64,000 nt of DNA from an uncultured Bacillota bacterium (lineage in GTDB: Bacteria; Sysuimicrobiota; Sysuimicrobiia; Sysuimicrobiales; Segetimicrobiaceae), in contig CAWDRG010000017.1 of the NCBI GenBank assembly GCA_963804645.1, positions 160,001 to 224,000 on the forward strand, given 5' to 3'. Shown in pieces: positions 18,958 to 28,000 of the stretch (position 1 is the first letter of the stretch; each line of letters opens with the position of its first letter). The translations under genes were made by a program, and so were the position numbers. The notes under the pieces were generated by a model that ran no database searches, had not been told where the DNA came from, and saw only the letters and a program-made list of their open reading frames with translations.

Positions 18958-19114
18958 TTCGCGACACACTCCCTGCCCCGTCCTCGGTCGGTGACCGCGG
19001 CGGCCGCCGTGCGCGGGACGCGCACCGGCAAGTCCGCCGTGCATCCACGCGCGCGAACGGGGCGGAGTACACACTGAAGCCACACCAGACCTGACAACCA
19101 CGTGGGGGTGTCCG

Positions 19115-19759
19115 ATGAACGCACGGAGATGGAAGCTGTTCGCGGCCGCCGCGCTCGCGGCCGTGGTCCTGTCCTCGGGGCCGCTCACCGGCGCGTACGC
19201 GCACGAACGCCGCACGGTCGGTCCGGTGACGATGCGGGTCGGATGGCTCAACGAACCGACCTACAGCGGTTTCATGAACGCGGTCCAGCTGTTCCTCACC
19301 GATAAAAACAAGAAGCCGATCAGCGGTGCCGCCGACACGCTCAAAGTCCAGGTCACGTTCGCCGATCAGAAAACCGCGATGCTCCCTCTCGACGAATCGG
19401 ACGAACGGCCCGGCGAGTATCTCGCCCCGCTGATCCCGAACCGTCCGGGCAACTACACGTTCCACTTCGTCGGCACGGTCGCCGGGACGGCGATCGATCA
19501 GTCGTTCACGTCGTCGGAGACCACCTTCGACCCGGTCGGCGACTCCACGCAGGTCCAATTCCCAGCGAAGGATCCGTCGATCTCCAACCTCTCGGGGCTC
19601 GTGGACCGGCTGAGCCCGCGTGTGGACGCGAGCGCCGCGGCGGCCAGCAGCGCGGCCGCGGCCGCGGAGCAGGCGCGCATGTTCGGCACCGCCGGCCTCG
19701 TCCTCGGCGCGGTGGGCACGCTCCTCGGGATCGGCGCGCTGATGAAGCGGACGCGCTAA
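19115..19759 (+). CDS. Exported, C-terminally membrane-anchored protein with His at mature position 1 (putative copper binding)
   Basis: Signal peptide ending AYA|HERR; C-terminal TM helix plus KRTR; adjacent to copCD. Confidence 0.75.
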   Translation: MNARRWKLFAAAALAAVVLSSGPLTGAYAHERRTVGPVTMRVGWLNEPTYSGFMNAVQLFLTDKNKKPISGAADTLKVQVTFADQKTAMLPLDESDERPGEYLAPLIPNRPGNYTFHFVGTVAGTAIDQSFTSSETTFDPVGDSTQVQFPAKDPSISNLSGLVDRLSPRVDASAAAASSAAAAAEQARMFGTAGLVLGAVGTLLGIGALMKRTR

Positions 19760-19766
19760 GCGTCCT

Positions 19767-21719
19767 GTGCGCTGGCTCGGCCGCTCCGCCGCCGCCTTCA
19801 GCGCGGTGCTGATCCTGGCATCGGGGGTCTCGGCGCACGCCCTGCTCGTGCGCTCAGATCCCGCGGCCGGAGCGGTGCTGCAGCGCTCCCCCGACACAAT
19901 CACGTTGTCCTTCACCGAGGCCCCCGATCCTTCGCTGTCCATCGTGCACGTGCTGGACAGCACCGGGAAGGCCGTCGACCCGCACGGCGCGCGCCCCGTC
20001 CCGGACCAGCCGCAAGAACTTGCCGTGGCGCTCAACCCGCTCCCCGCCGGTGTGTACACCGTGTCCTGGCGCACGGTGTCCGCGGTCGACGGGCACGTGG
20101 CCGGAGGGGCATTTGCGTTCGGCGTCGGCGTAACGCCCCAGGCCGCCGCGCCCGCGCAGCCGTCGACCCTCCTGCCCTCTCCGCTGTACGTGGCGAGCCG
20201 CTGGGCGCTCTATCTCGGCCTGGGCGGGATCCTCGGAGCGGCCTGGGTGTGGACGATCGCGTTCCCGGCGCCGCCCAGCCGCTGGTGGTTCCTGGGCGCC
20301 GCGTGGGGACTGTCCGCAGTCGGCGTGGTGGTGCTCGGGGCGGCCCAGGCCGCGGACGTCGGGGTCGGTGTTGGACGGCTCCTGGCGACCAATCTCGGAC
20401 AGGCGCTGTACTGGCGCGCCCTCCCGATCGCCGTGGCCGGGGCCGCGATCGCCGCGGGCGCGGCGCGAGGGGCGCCCCGCCGGTCCCTGCTGGTGGTGGC
20501 GGGAGCCGCAGCGGCGGTGGCGATGCTGGCGCACGTCCTCGCGGGACACGCGGCGGCCAATCCCGGGCCGTGGCAGCCCGCGAACGTCGCGGTGCAGTGG
20601 ATCCACTTCGCCGCGGTGGGGGCGTGGATCGGGGGTCTGGCCGCGCTGCTGGTCGCGCTCCCCGCCGCGGGGCGAGAGGACGGCGCCCTCGCGACGCGCC
20701 GGTTCTCCGCCGCCGCCGCGTGCCTGCTGGGGATCGTCGCCTCGACGGGCGTGCTACGCGCGGTCGACGAGGTCGGCAGCGTCGGCGCCCTGCTCTCGAC
20801 CGGGTTCGGACGGCTCGTGGACCTCAAGGCGCTGCTGCTCCTCGTCCTCGCCTCGCTCGGCGCCATCAATCGCTATCGCAACGTGCGGCGCGGAGCGCAG
20901 GGCCAGCCCGGGCTGCTGCGCATCGGCGCCGCGGAGGTCGCGCTCGGGGCGATCGTCTTCGGGATCGCCGGCTATCTGACGGGATTCCCGCCGCCGCGCT
21001 ACAACCCCGCGCTTGCCTCGCCGCCGCCCTCGGCCGCGGTGGCAACCGGCCACGACTTCGCGACCTCTGTGCGGATGCGCCTCGAGGTCTCCCCGGGAAT
21101 CGTCGGCGTGAATCGGTTCACCGCGTCGGTCTCGGACTACGACACGGGGCTCCCGGTTGACGCGAACCGAATCACGCTCACCTTTTCGAAACCCGACCGT
21201 CCGGACATCGGGAGCTCCGCGCTCGATCTGCTCCGGACGGCGCCGGGCGCGTACCGAGCGGAGGGCACCAATCTCTCGCTCGAGGGATCCTGGAGCATCT
21301 CGGCGCTCGTCGTCCACGGCCTCAGCTCCGTCGACGTGCCGCTTACCGTGACGGCGCGAAGCCTGCCGCAGACCGTGCGCACCATCATGGCGCCCGGCCA
21401 GCCGACGCTGTACGTCATCGATCTCGGCGGCGGCCCGCAGCTGAACGTCTACCTCGACCCCGACAAGCCCGGTCCGAACGAGGTGCATGCGACCTTTATC
21501 GACGCGAACGGAAACGAGCTGCCGATTCCGGCGGCCGCGACGGTGACGGCCGCGGCACCCGGTCAGACCCCGCGGGCGCTCCCCGTCCGGCGGTTCGGAC
21601 CCGGGCACTTCATCGCCGATGCGACGTTTCCCGGTGGCACCTGGAACCTTGAGTTCTCGGGCATCTCGAAGGACGGGAGGACGCTCCGGGCACCACTCAC
21701 GGTCCGCGTCGGCCCTTGA
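19767..21719 (+). CDS. CopC-CopD fusion copper uptake/resistance protein with C-terminal YtkA/FixH-like domains
   Basis: SA|HALLVRSDP...YTVSWRTVSAVDGH (CopC); GHAAA, HFAAVGAWIGGL, RRFS (CopD). Confidence 0.9.
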   Translation: MRWLGRSAAAFSAVLILASGVSAHALLVRSDPAAGAVLQRSPDTITLSFTEAPDPSLSIVHVLDSTGKAVDPHGARPVPDQPQELAVALNPLPAGVYTVSWRTVSAVDGHVAGGAFAFGVGVTPQAAAPAQPSTLLPSPLYVASRWALYLGLGGILGAAWVWTIAFPAPPSRWWFLGAAWGLSAVGVVVLGAAQAADVGVGVGRLLATNLGQALYWRALPIAVAGAAIAAGAARGAPRRSLLVVAGAAAAVAMLAHVLAGHAAANPGPWQPANVAVQWIHFAAVGAWIGGLAALLVALPAAGREDGALATRRFSAAAACLLGIVASTGVLRAVDEVGSVGALLSTGFGRLVDLKALLLLVLASLGAINRYRNVRRGAQGQPGLLRIGAAEVALGAIVFGIAGYLTGFPPPRYNPALASPPPSAAVATGHDFATSVRMRLEVSPGIVGVNRFTASVSDYDTGLPVDANRITLTFSKPDRPDIGSSALDLLRTAPGAYRAEGTNLSLEGSWSISALVVHGLSSVDVPLTVTARSLPQTVRTIMAPGQPTLYVIDLGGGPQLNVYLDPDKPGPNEVHATFIDANGNELPIPAAATVTAAAPGQTPRALPVRRFGPGHFIADATFPGGTWNLEFSGISKDGRTLRAPLTVRVGP

Positions 21720-21805
21720 ACACCGGACGGCCTTCTGCGGGGATCGTACGGGCGGCCGTCCAACTGTTTCCTCTAGGAAGGGCGTCGAGGGGCGAGCTGG
21801 GGGCC

Positions 21806-22303
21806 ATGAACCTGCCTGGGTGGACATCGAGGAACGACGGGCCGCGCGCCGCGGGTGGCGGCCGGGTGCGTACGCGGCTCCGGACCCGCCGCAGGATCCT
21901 GGCGGCGGGATCGGCGGCGCTCGCGGGCCTCCTCACTGGATGTGGCGGCGGCCCTCAAAGCGCCGCCCCGACCGCACCCTCGCCACAGGGCCGGCCCCGA
22001 TCCACGGCTCATCTCACCATCCTGTCACCGGAGCCCGGGGACACGATCTCCGGGAAGGTCATGCACGTCCGGCTCGCGCTCGCCGGCGCCGTCATCGTGC
22101 CCCAAACGTCGACGCACCTGACGCCGGATCGCGGTCACGTGCACCTGCTGGTAGACGGCCGGGTCGTGTCGATGGCCTACGGCCTCGAGCAGGATGTTCC
22201 CGTGACCCGTGGACCGCATCTGCTCCAAGCGGAGTTCGTGGCGACCGATCACTTCCCGTTCAACCCGCGGGTCATCGCCACCGTCACCTTTACGGACCGA
22301 TGA
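21806..22303 (+). CDS. His-rich lipoprotein (DUF4399-like Ig fold)
   Basis: Lipobox LTG|C; GHVHLLVDG and GPHLLQAEFVATDHFPF. Confidence 0.7.
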   Translation: MNLPGWTSRNDGPRAAGGGRVRTRLRTRRRILAAGSAALAGLLTGCGGGPQSAAPTAPSPQGRPRSTAHLTILSPEPGDTISGKVMHVRLALAGAVIVPQTSTHLTPDRGHVHLLVDGRVVSMAYGLEQDVPVTRGPHLLQAEFVATDHFPFNPRVIATVTFTDR

Positions 22304-22836
22304 CGACCGAGGCGTCGACCCCGCACGCGATGCTCACGCCCGCCGCGATCTGCGTGGGCGTCGCGGCGCTGCTCCTCCGCCCGTTCGCCGGGCCGGGCGC
22401 GCTCGCCGTGATGGCCGGCATCGGCCTGCTGGGGGTGCTCACCCCAGCGCCGCTGAGTTCCCCCGCCTCGCGCGGCCGTGTCGCTGCCGCCACCGCGGTC
22501 GGCGTGGGCGCGTTTGCGCTTGCGCGGGTGCTCCACGGGGGCGCGCATGCCGAGGTGAGTCTCGCCACGCTGGTGCCGCCGGCGGTCGCGGCCGTCGCCG
22601 AGGAAGCGTTCTTCCGGCGCCTCGTCTACGGCTGGCTGTCCCGCACCGGACCCGCGCTCGCGGTCGTGGGCAGCGCCGCGCTCTTCGCGCTGGTGCACGT
22701 GCCGGGGTACGGATGGGATGCGATCCCCGTGGACGCCGCGGCGGGGCTCGTCTTCGGATGGCAGCGGTGGGCCAGCGGCGGGTGGGCGGCATCGTGCGTG
22801 ACCCACGTCGCCGCCAACGTGCTCCAGGTCGTCTGA
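22300..22836 (+). CDS. CPBP (CAAX/Abi) family intramembrane glutamic protease
   Basis: AEEAFFRR, FALVH, HVAAN; ATGA overlap with the upstream gene. Confidence 0.85.
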   Translation: MTTEASTPHAMLTPAAICVGVAALLLRPFAGPGALAVMAGIGLLGVLTPAPLSSPASRGRVAAATAVGVGAFALARVLHGGAHAEVSLATLVPPAVAAVAEEAFFRRLVYGWLSRTGPALAVVGSAALFALVHVPGYGWDAIPVDAAAGLVFGWQRWASGGWAASCVTHVAANVLQVV

Positions 22837-22840
22837 CCCC

Positions 22841-23626
22841 GTGATGCCGATCATCACCCGACGGGCGGTATCGCGGCGACGACAGATCCGGGGCGCGTGG
22901 CTCGCCTGCGGCGGCGCCGCAGCGCTCGTGTACCTCGCGGCGATGGCATGGACATGGTCGTGGCCGGTCCCGGTCCGTCTGCTCTACGATGGGTACACGC
23001 CGCCCGCCCCGTACCACTGGGTACACCCGCCGCCAGCGCTTGCGGCCAACAACGAGCGGCCCGCGCCGGGATCCGGCGTGGTCACGTTCAACGCCCAAGG
23101 GTCGGCGCCGGCGTCGATCCCGACCGGGGATGAGCAGGCCGTGATCGTCATCCCGAAAGGCGCGTTTCCCGCGCTGCCGGGCCAGCCGTCGATCACGGTC
23201 CGGATCGACCCGCTCGACGCGGCGACCGTGGCGCCCTCGCCGGGGAGCGGGCTCGCGTACGACGGCAACGCGTACCGCATCACCGCCGCCTACACCAACT
23301 CGCACGTGCCCGCGCCCCTGATCGGCCCGGTCAACATCGTGCTGCGGTACGCGACCGGCGCGAACATGATCCTGCGCGCGGCGGGATCCGGCTGGGTTCC
23401 TCTCTCGCCGACGACGCTGCCGATTACCTTTCAGATCTACGGCCCGACGAACGATCTCGGCGTGTTCGTGGCCGCGGGGCCCCCGCCCCACGGGACCTCG
23501 TTCTCAGCGTGGACGTATCAAATCGTCACGGTCCTCTTGTGGCTCGCGGTGGCCGCGCTCGCCGGTCTGCTGATCAGAGACTCCGTGCGGCGCTCGCGCC
23601 GGGGAGGGAAACGCGCCGGTCGCTGA
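22841..23626 (+). CDS. Hypothetical membrane-anchored exported protein
   Basis: N- and C-terminal TM helices; LYDG...PYHWVHPP soluble domain; basic tail. Confidence 0.7.
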   Translation: MMPIITRRAVSRRRQIRGAWLACGGAAALVYLAAMAWTWSWPVPVRLLYDGYTPPAPYHWVHPPPALAANNERPAPGSGVVTFNAQGSAPASIPTGDEQAVIVIPKGAFPALPGQPSITVRIDPLDAATVAPSPGSGLAYDGNAYRITAAYTNSHVPAPLIGPVNIVLRYATGANMILRAAGSGWVPLSPTTLPITFQIYGPTNDLGVFVAAGPPPHGTSFSAWTYQIVTVLLWLAVAALAGLLIRDSVRRSRRGGKRAGR

Positions 23627-23694
23627 GCCCACACTGCACCCCCCGGCGGGATCCGCGGTGCTCGAGGCCGCGATCTCGAGAGGGGCTCAGGCGC

Positions 23695-24849
23695 TCAGAA
23701 GTACACGACCTGCAGGGACGGAGTCGAGTACTTCGTGAGGCAGCCGGTGGTCACGATCGGCTGGGCGCCCGCCGGCAGGCTCCCCGCAACGATGAATCCG
23801 TAGTTGGCACGGTATTGGTACTTCTCCCACCCCGACACAATCGACGTCACGTCGATGGATGCCGTCGGCTGGGCCGCGAACGACATCCTCCCGGCCTTCC
23901 CGTAGGTTAGGTTGCCGAGCGGGGAGATCCACCACTCCTTATTCGCGACTCCGATGAAAATCGGGCACCAGCCGCCGGTCGAGAGCGTGGCCCTCTCCGA
24001 GGGAAACGTCACGGTTTGCGACGACTTGAGCGTCAGCGCGGCCGAATACAGCTTGTGATTGGCGAGTTCCCCGAGATCGAATGCGGCGCCCGAGATCGCG
24101 GTGAGTTGGGCGACGGCGCGCTGGTTTTGGGTCACGGTGCAGAAATAGCCGCCGAACGGCGCCGAAGGCTGGTGGATGTTAATCTGCATGACCGCGGCCT
24201 CGTTGCCCGCGTACACGCCGCTCACGCCGATCCGGCCGGACGTCGGCTGCTCGTTCGTCACCCATGGGAAGAACGCCGTGAACTCCCCGCCGTAGTCTTG
24301 GTCGGCGGCTTTGAAGAACGCGGATCCCGGCAGAGGACTCCCGGTGCACTGCACGCCCGCCGGTGACGACCACGCCACCTGCGCGGCCGTATGGCTGGGC
24401 TTGAGGGTACGCGTCGTCGCCGTCCCGCCAGGCCGGTAGCAGTACCGGCCGCTGTCCTTGGAGGTTTGGTTCCCGGCGGTTGCCTCGACCGCAAAGCACA
24501 GGTTCGCGTAACCTTCCGACGACTTCTTGACCAGGTAGTACCGCGCGGTCGACGTCCCCAGGAGCTGGTGACCGCCGCCGTCGACGCGGTAGACCTTGTA
24601 CCCGGTCACGTTCTTGTTGGAGTCGTTCCAGATCAGCTGGAGGTCGCCCTGGGTCACCGCGGACCCGCAGATCGCGGCCAGCAGGCTGAGGGCCGTAGCA
24701 CAGTCCGCTTTGCTCTGGACGGGACGCAGGTGCGTCGGGGGGGCAACGGCCGGGCCGGCCGCGGCGCCGCCTGGAAGCGGCGTTCCAAGGGACAAGAGAC
24801 CGAGGATGACTGCGACCAGGGTTGGGACCGTACGGCGACTGAAAGCCAC
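23695..24849 (-). CDS. Secreted Cys-containing protein with FN3-like and DNRLRE-like domains
   Basis: Signal peptide from GTG 24849; LIWND...VTGYKVYRVD (FN3-like); IDVTSIVSGW...NYGFIV...PSLQVVY tail. Confidence 0.65.
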   Translation of the reverse strand: MAFSRRTVPTLVAVILGLLSLGTPLPGGAAAGPAVAPPTHLRPVQSKADCATALSLLAAICGSAVTQGDLQLIWNDSNKNVTGYKVYRVDGGGHQLLGTSTARYYLVKKSSEGYANLCFAVEATAGNQTSKDSGRYCYRPGGTATTRTLKPSHTAAQVAWSSPAGVQCTGSPLPGSAFFKAADQDYGGEFTAFFPWVTNEQPTSGRIGVSGVYAGNEAAVMQINIHQPSAPFGGYFCTVTQNQRAVAQLTAISGAAFDLGELANHKLYSAALTLKSSQTVTFPSERATLSTGGWCPIFIGVANKEWWISPLGNLTYGKAGRMSFAAQPTASIDVTSIVSGWEKYQYRANYGFIVAGSLPAGAQPIVTTGCLTKYSTPSLQVVYF

Positions 24850-25058
24850 GACGCGTACCCCCTTGCGCGAGGCGCATGACGCATGTGATTGCGAGGGGGA
24901 TTCCACCGCCGGTTCCGGCGCTCCTTCCCACGAACGAAGGATGGAGAAGCGCGGATCGGCCGGAAGGAGAGGACGGCCGCGCTGGGCCTCAAACACAGAC
25001 GCGAGGGGGGCCGCTGTCCGACCCCCCTCGCGCCACACGACCCCGCCGAATCAGCGCG

Positions 25059-28000
25059 TCAGCACTTTGAATATCCGCACGACCGGCAGTGACTGCAGCC
25101 GTTCTCGTACACGAGCGAGCTGCCGCAGTCCGGGCAGACACCGGCAAACGTCAGCAACGGCTGCTGGACCTCGACCGGCACCTCTGGATCGGTGCGCGCC
25201 GCCTCTCCGGCCGGTGCGGCGTCCTCCACGTGCGTGTGACCGTTCGCGTGCCCGTTCCCGATCCGCGGTTCCGGCAGACGATCCGCCATCGGAAACGCCT
25301 GGTCCGGCCGGAACCACGAGCCGTACAGCGCGCGGCCGATCGCGAGCGCGACCCCCTGCGCGATCGTCGCAACCCGCGCGATCGTGCCGTCCGCCGACCG
25401 ATCGATCGCGACCTCGCGAGACTGCACCCGCCAGAGCTGCTCGATCACGTCGCGCGGATCCGCCCCCGTGCGCAGGGCGAGCGATGCGAGCCGGCCGATC
25501 GCATCGGCCTCCACGTCGAGCGACTGGACGAACACCTCGCAGACGCCCTTCGCGTCTTCGTTGATCGTGACATAGATGCGCCCGCGGGGCGTCTCGATCC
25601 GTTCCGTGCGTCCCGTGGTCACCTTCGGGCGCGGCCGCTTGTGGTGCACGAGCTCGACCGACTGGGCCTCATGGACGAGCGGCGCCTTCGACCCCGCGGG
25701 GGCCTCGGGAATCGCAACGGCGGTGCCCTCACCGCTCGCGGCCTTCACCGACCGCGCGGTACCTGCGGTGAGGATATTCTCCCGAGAGCTGTCCCGGTAC
25801 ACGGTGATGCCCTTGCACCCGAGCTTCCACGCCTTGAAGTAGATCTCCGCGACGCCCTCCTCGGTCGTATCCGCCGGGCAGTTCACGGTCGACGAGATCG
25901 AGTGGTCGATGTGCTTCTGGATCGCCGCCTGCATCTGTACCCGCATCTCAGGCTTGATCTCGTGCGCGGTCACGAAAAACGGCGGCAGCTCCGACTCATC
26001 CTTCAGGCCGAACTTTTCCATGTAGCTCCGAACCAGCGGATGATACACGGTGAACGTGTTCTGCGACAGCGACTCGCTCCGGCGCGTGTACGACAGGTCG
26101 AACATCGGCTCGATCCCGCTGGTCGTGCCGGCCAGCGCCGCGCCGCTGCCGACCGGCGGTACGGTCAGCACGGCGACGTTCCGGAGCCCATGCTCGCGGA
26201 TCCGCTCGATCACCTTCGGCTCGAGCGTGTAGATGAACGCCCCCTGCAGGTGCTTTTCGCGGTCGTACCCGGGGAACGGCCCCTTCTCGATTGCGAGATT
26301 CACGCTCTCGTCGTAGACGATGTTCTTGATGCGCTCAAACGTGCGGTCGACGAACATCACCGCGTCGTCCGCATCGTACTTCAGGCGCAGCTTGCACAGT
26401 AAATCCCCCAGGCCGGTGAATCCGACCCCGATGCGCCGCGAGTAGAGGCTGGCCTCGCGCTGAGCCGGGAGCGGATGCTTGTCGGCGTTGTAGTCCAATA
26501 CGTTGTCCAGGAAACGCGTGGCCAGCCGGAGAGCCTGCTCCAGATGGGGCCAGTCCACCTGCGCCTGGGGGGAAAACTCGTCCGTCACAAATTCGCCCAA
26601 ACTGAGATTGCCAAGGCAGCAGCACCCGTACGGTTCAAGCGGGATCTCAGAATTGCTGACGACCAAGCCGTTCGCGAGGAAGGACTTCGTATCCAGCACC
26701 GTGAGGTCGTACACCGGCTCGGACACACCCTCATCTACTACCTCGGCGACGTGGGTCGTCTCCGTGACATCCCGCAGCGCCAGGCTGCGCACCGACCGCA
26801 GCGCTGCGATCGCCTCTCGCTTCCGGGGCAGCGCGCTGCCGACGCTCTCGGCGAAGCGTTCGATCGACGGGTAGCCGCCGATGCTCAGCTTGTAGCTATC
26901 GCGCACGCTCTGATACTCGCGCTCCTCCCCGGCCACCGTCGTATATCGGAGCCCCGACCGGGTCGCGTTTTTCTGCTCAGCCCGGTACGTGGTCACCGTC
27001 GAGAAAATGCCGAACTGCAGCAGCAAGAGTTGCGTCTGCTGGATTAGTGTTCGCGATGCGGACGACAGCGAAATCATCGGCCGATCGCTGGGGCGTGAGA
27101 CCGAACCGTCGGCATCGAACAGCCCACGAAGGAACGCAGCAGTGGCGTCCCGAGGTGCGGTCAGCACAGTGTCGGGCACGGTCTTCTCGTGGGCTACTGC
27201 GGGCCGCAGGCCGAGCGCGGCCAGCATTCGCAGAAATGCGCTTGAGTGGACCGACATCCACGCGCGGTGTGTGCCCGGGACTGTGTGCAACGGGTACTCT
27301 GGTGCGGTACCAGAGTCAACCGCGACCGCGACGCCCACGCCAACCGCGACACCTTTGCGGACGCGAACGCAGCGGCCGGTCACGCGGTCCAGCACCGGCT
27401 TCACGAACGGCGCGTCCTCGATGTGCATGTGGATATCGAGCCGCTTTCCGTGCTCTCGGCTGCTGTGGTTAGTGTAAGACCCGTCACCCACCGCATACCC
27501 AAGCAGGTACGCGAGATCGTCGTCCCACTGCTCCGGAATGTTGATCAGCGAGTAGTGAGCATCGCGCCGGCGCGGCTGTACCCACGCGTGGTCGATGTGC
27601 AGATACGGCGACCGCTCACCGAACATCGCGTCAACAACTCTCGGGGCGTTCGGATCCGCGACCGCGAGCACGTCGCCGGGCTGCAGCTCGTCGATCCGCT
27701 TCCACCCCTTCGAGTCGTGCACCGGGTCCGGCGTCTCATCGTTCAAGACCTTGACCTTGTGGTCACCGGTCCCTCGGATCGTGAAGCCGCTCGTCGTCTC
27801 GACCCGGAAGATACGCTTCACGCCGGTGAACGCCAGGGCATCAGCCCGAACCGCGGCAACGCCCCGCGCGTCTCCAGCCCGGCGGTCGATCAACACCGTG
27901 GGGTTGCTGCGATCCCGGACCGCGTCCTCCACGAGACGATCGAGCCGATGCAGCCCGCTCGGTGTCATCACATACGTCGATCCAACCAAGGAGCACGGAT

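Noticed and set aside
27990..27995. Intein 2 starting at Cys
   Set aside because: It would remove the essential NPC cysteine; SLVGSTYV aligns with block A when Ser is residue 1.
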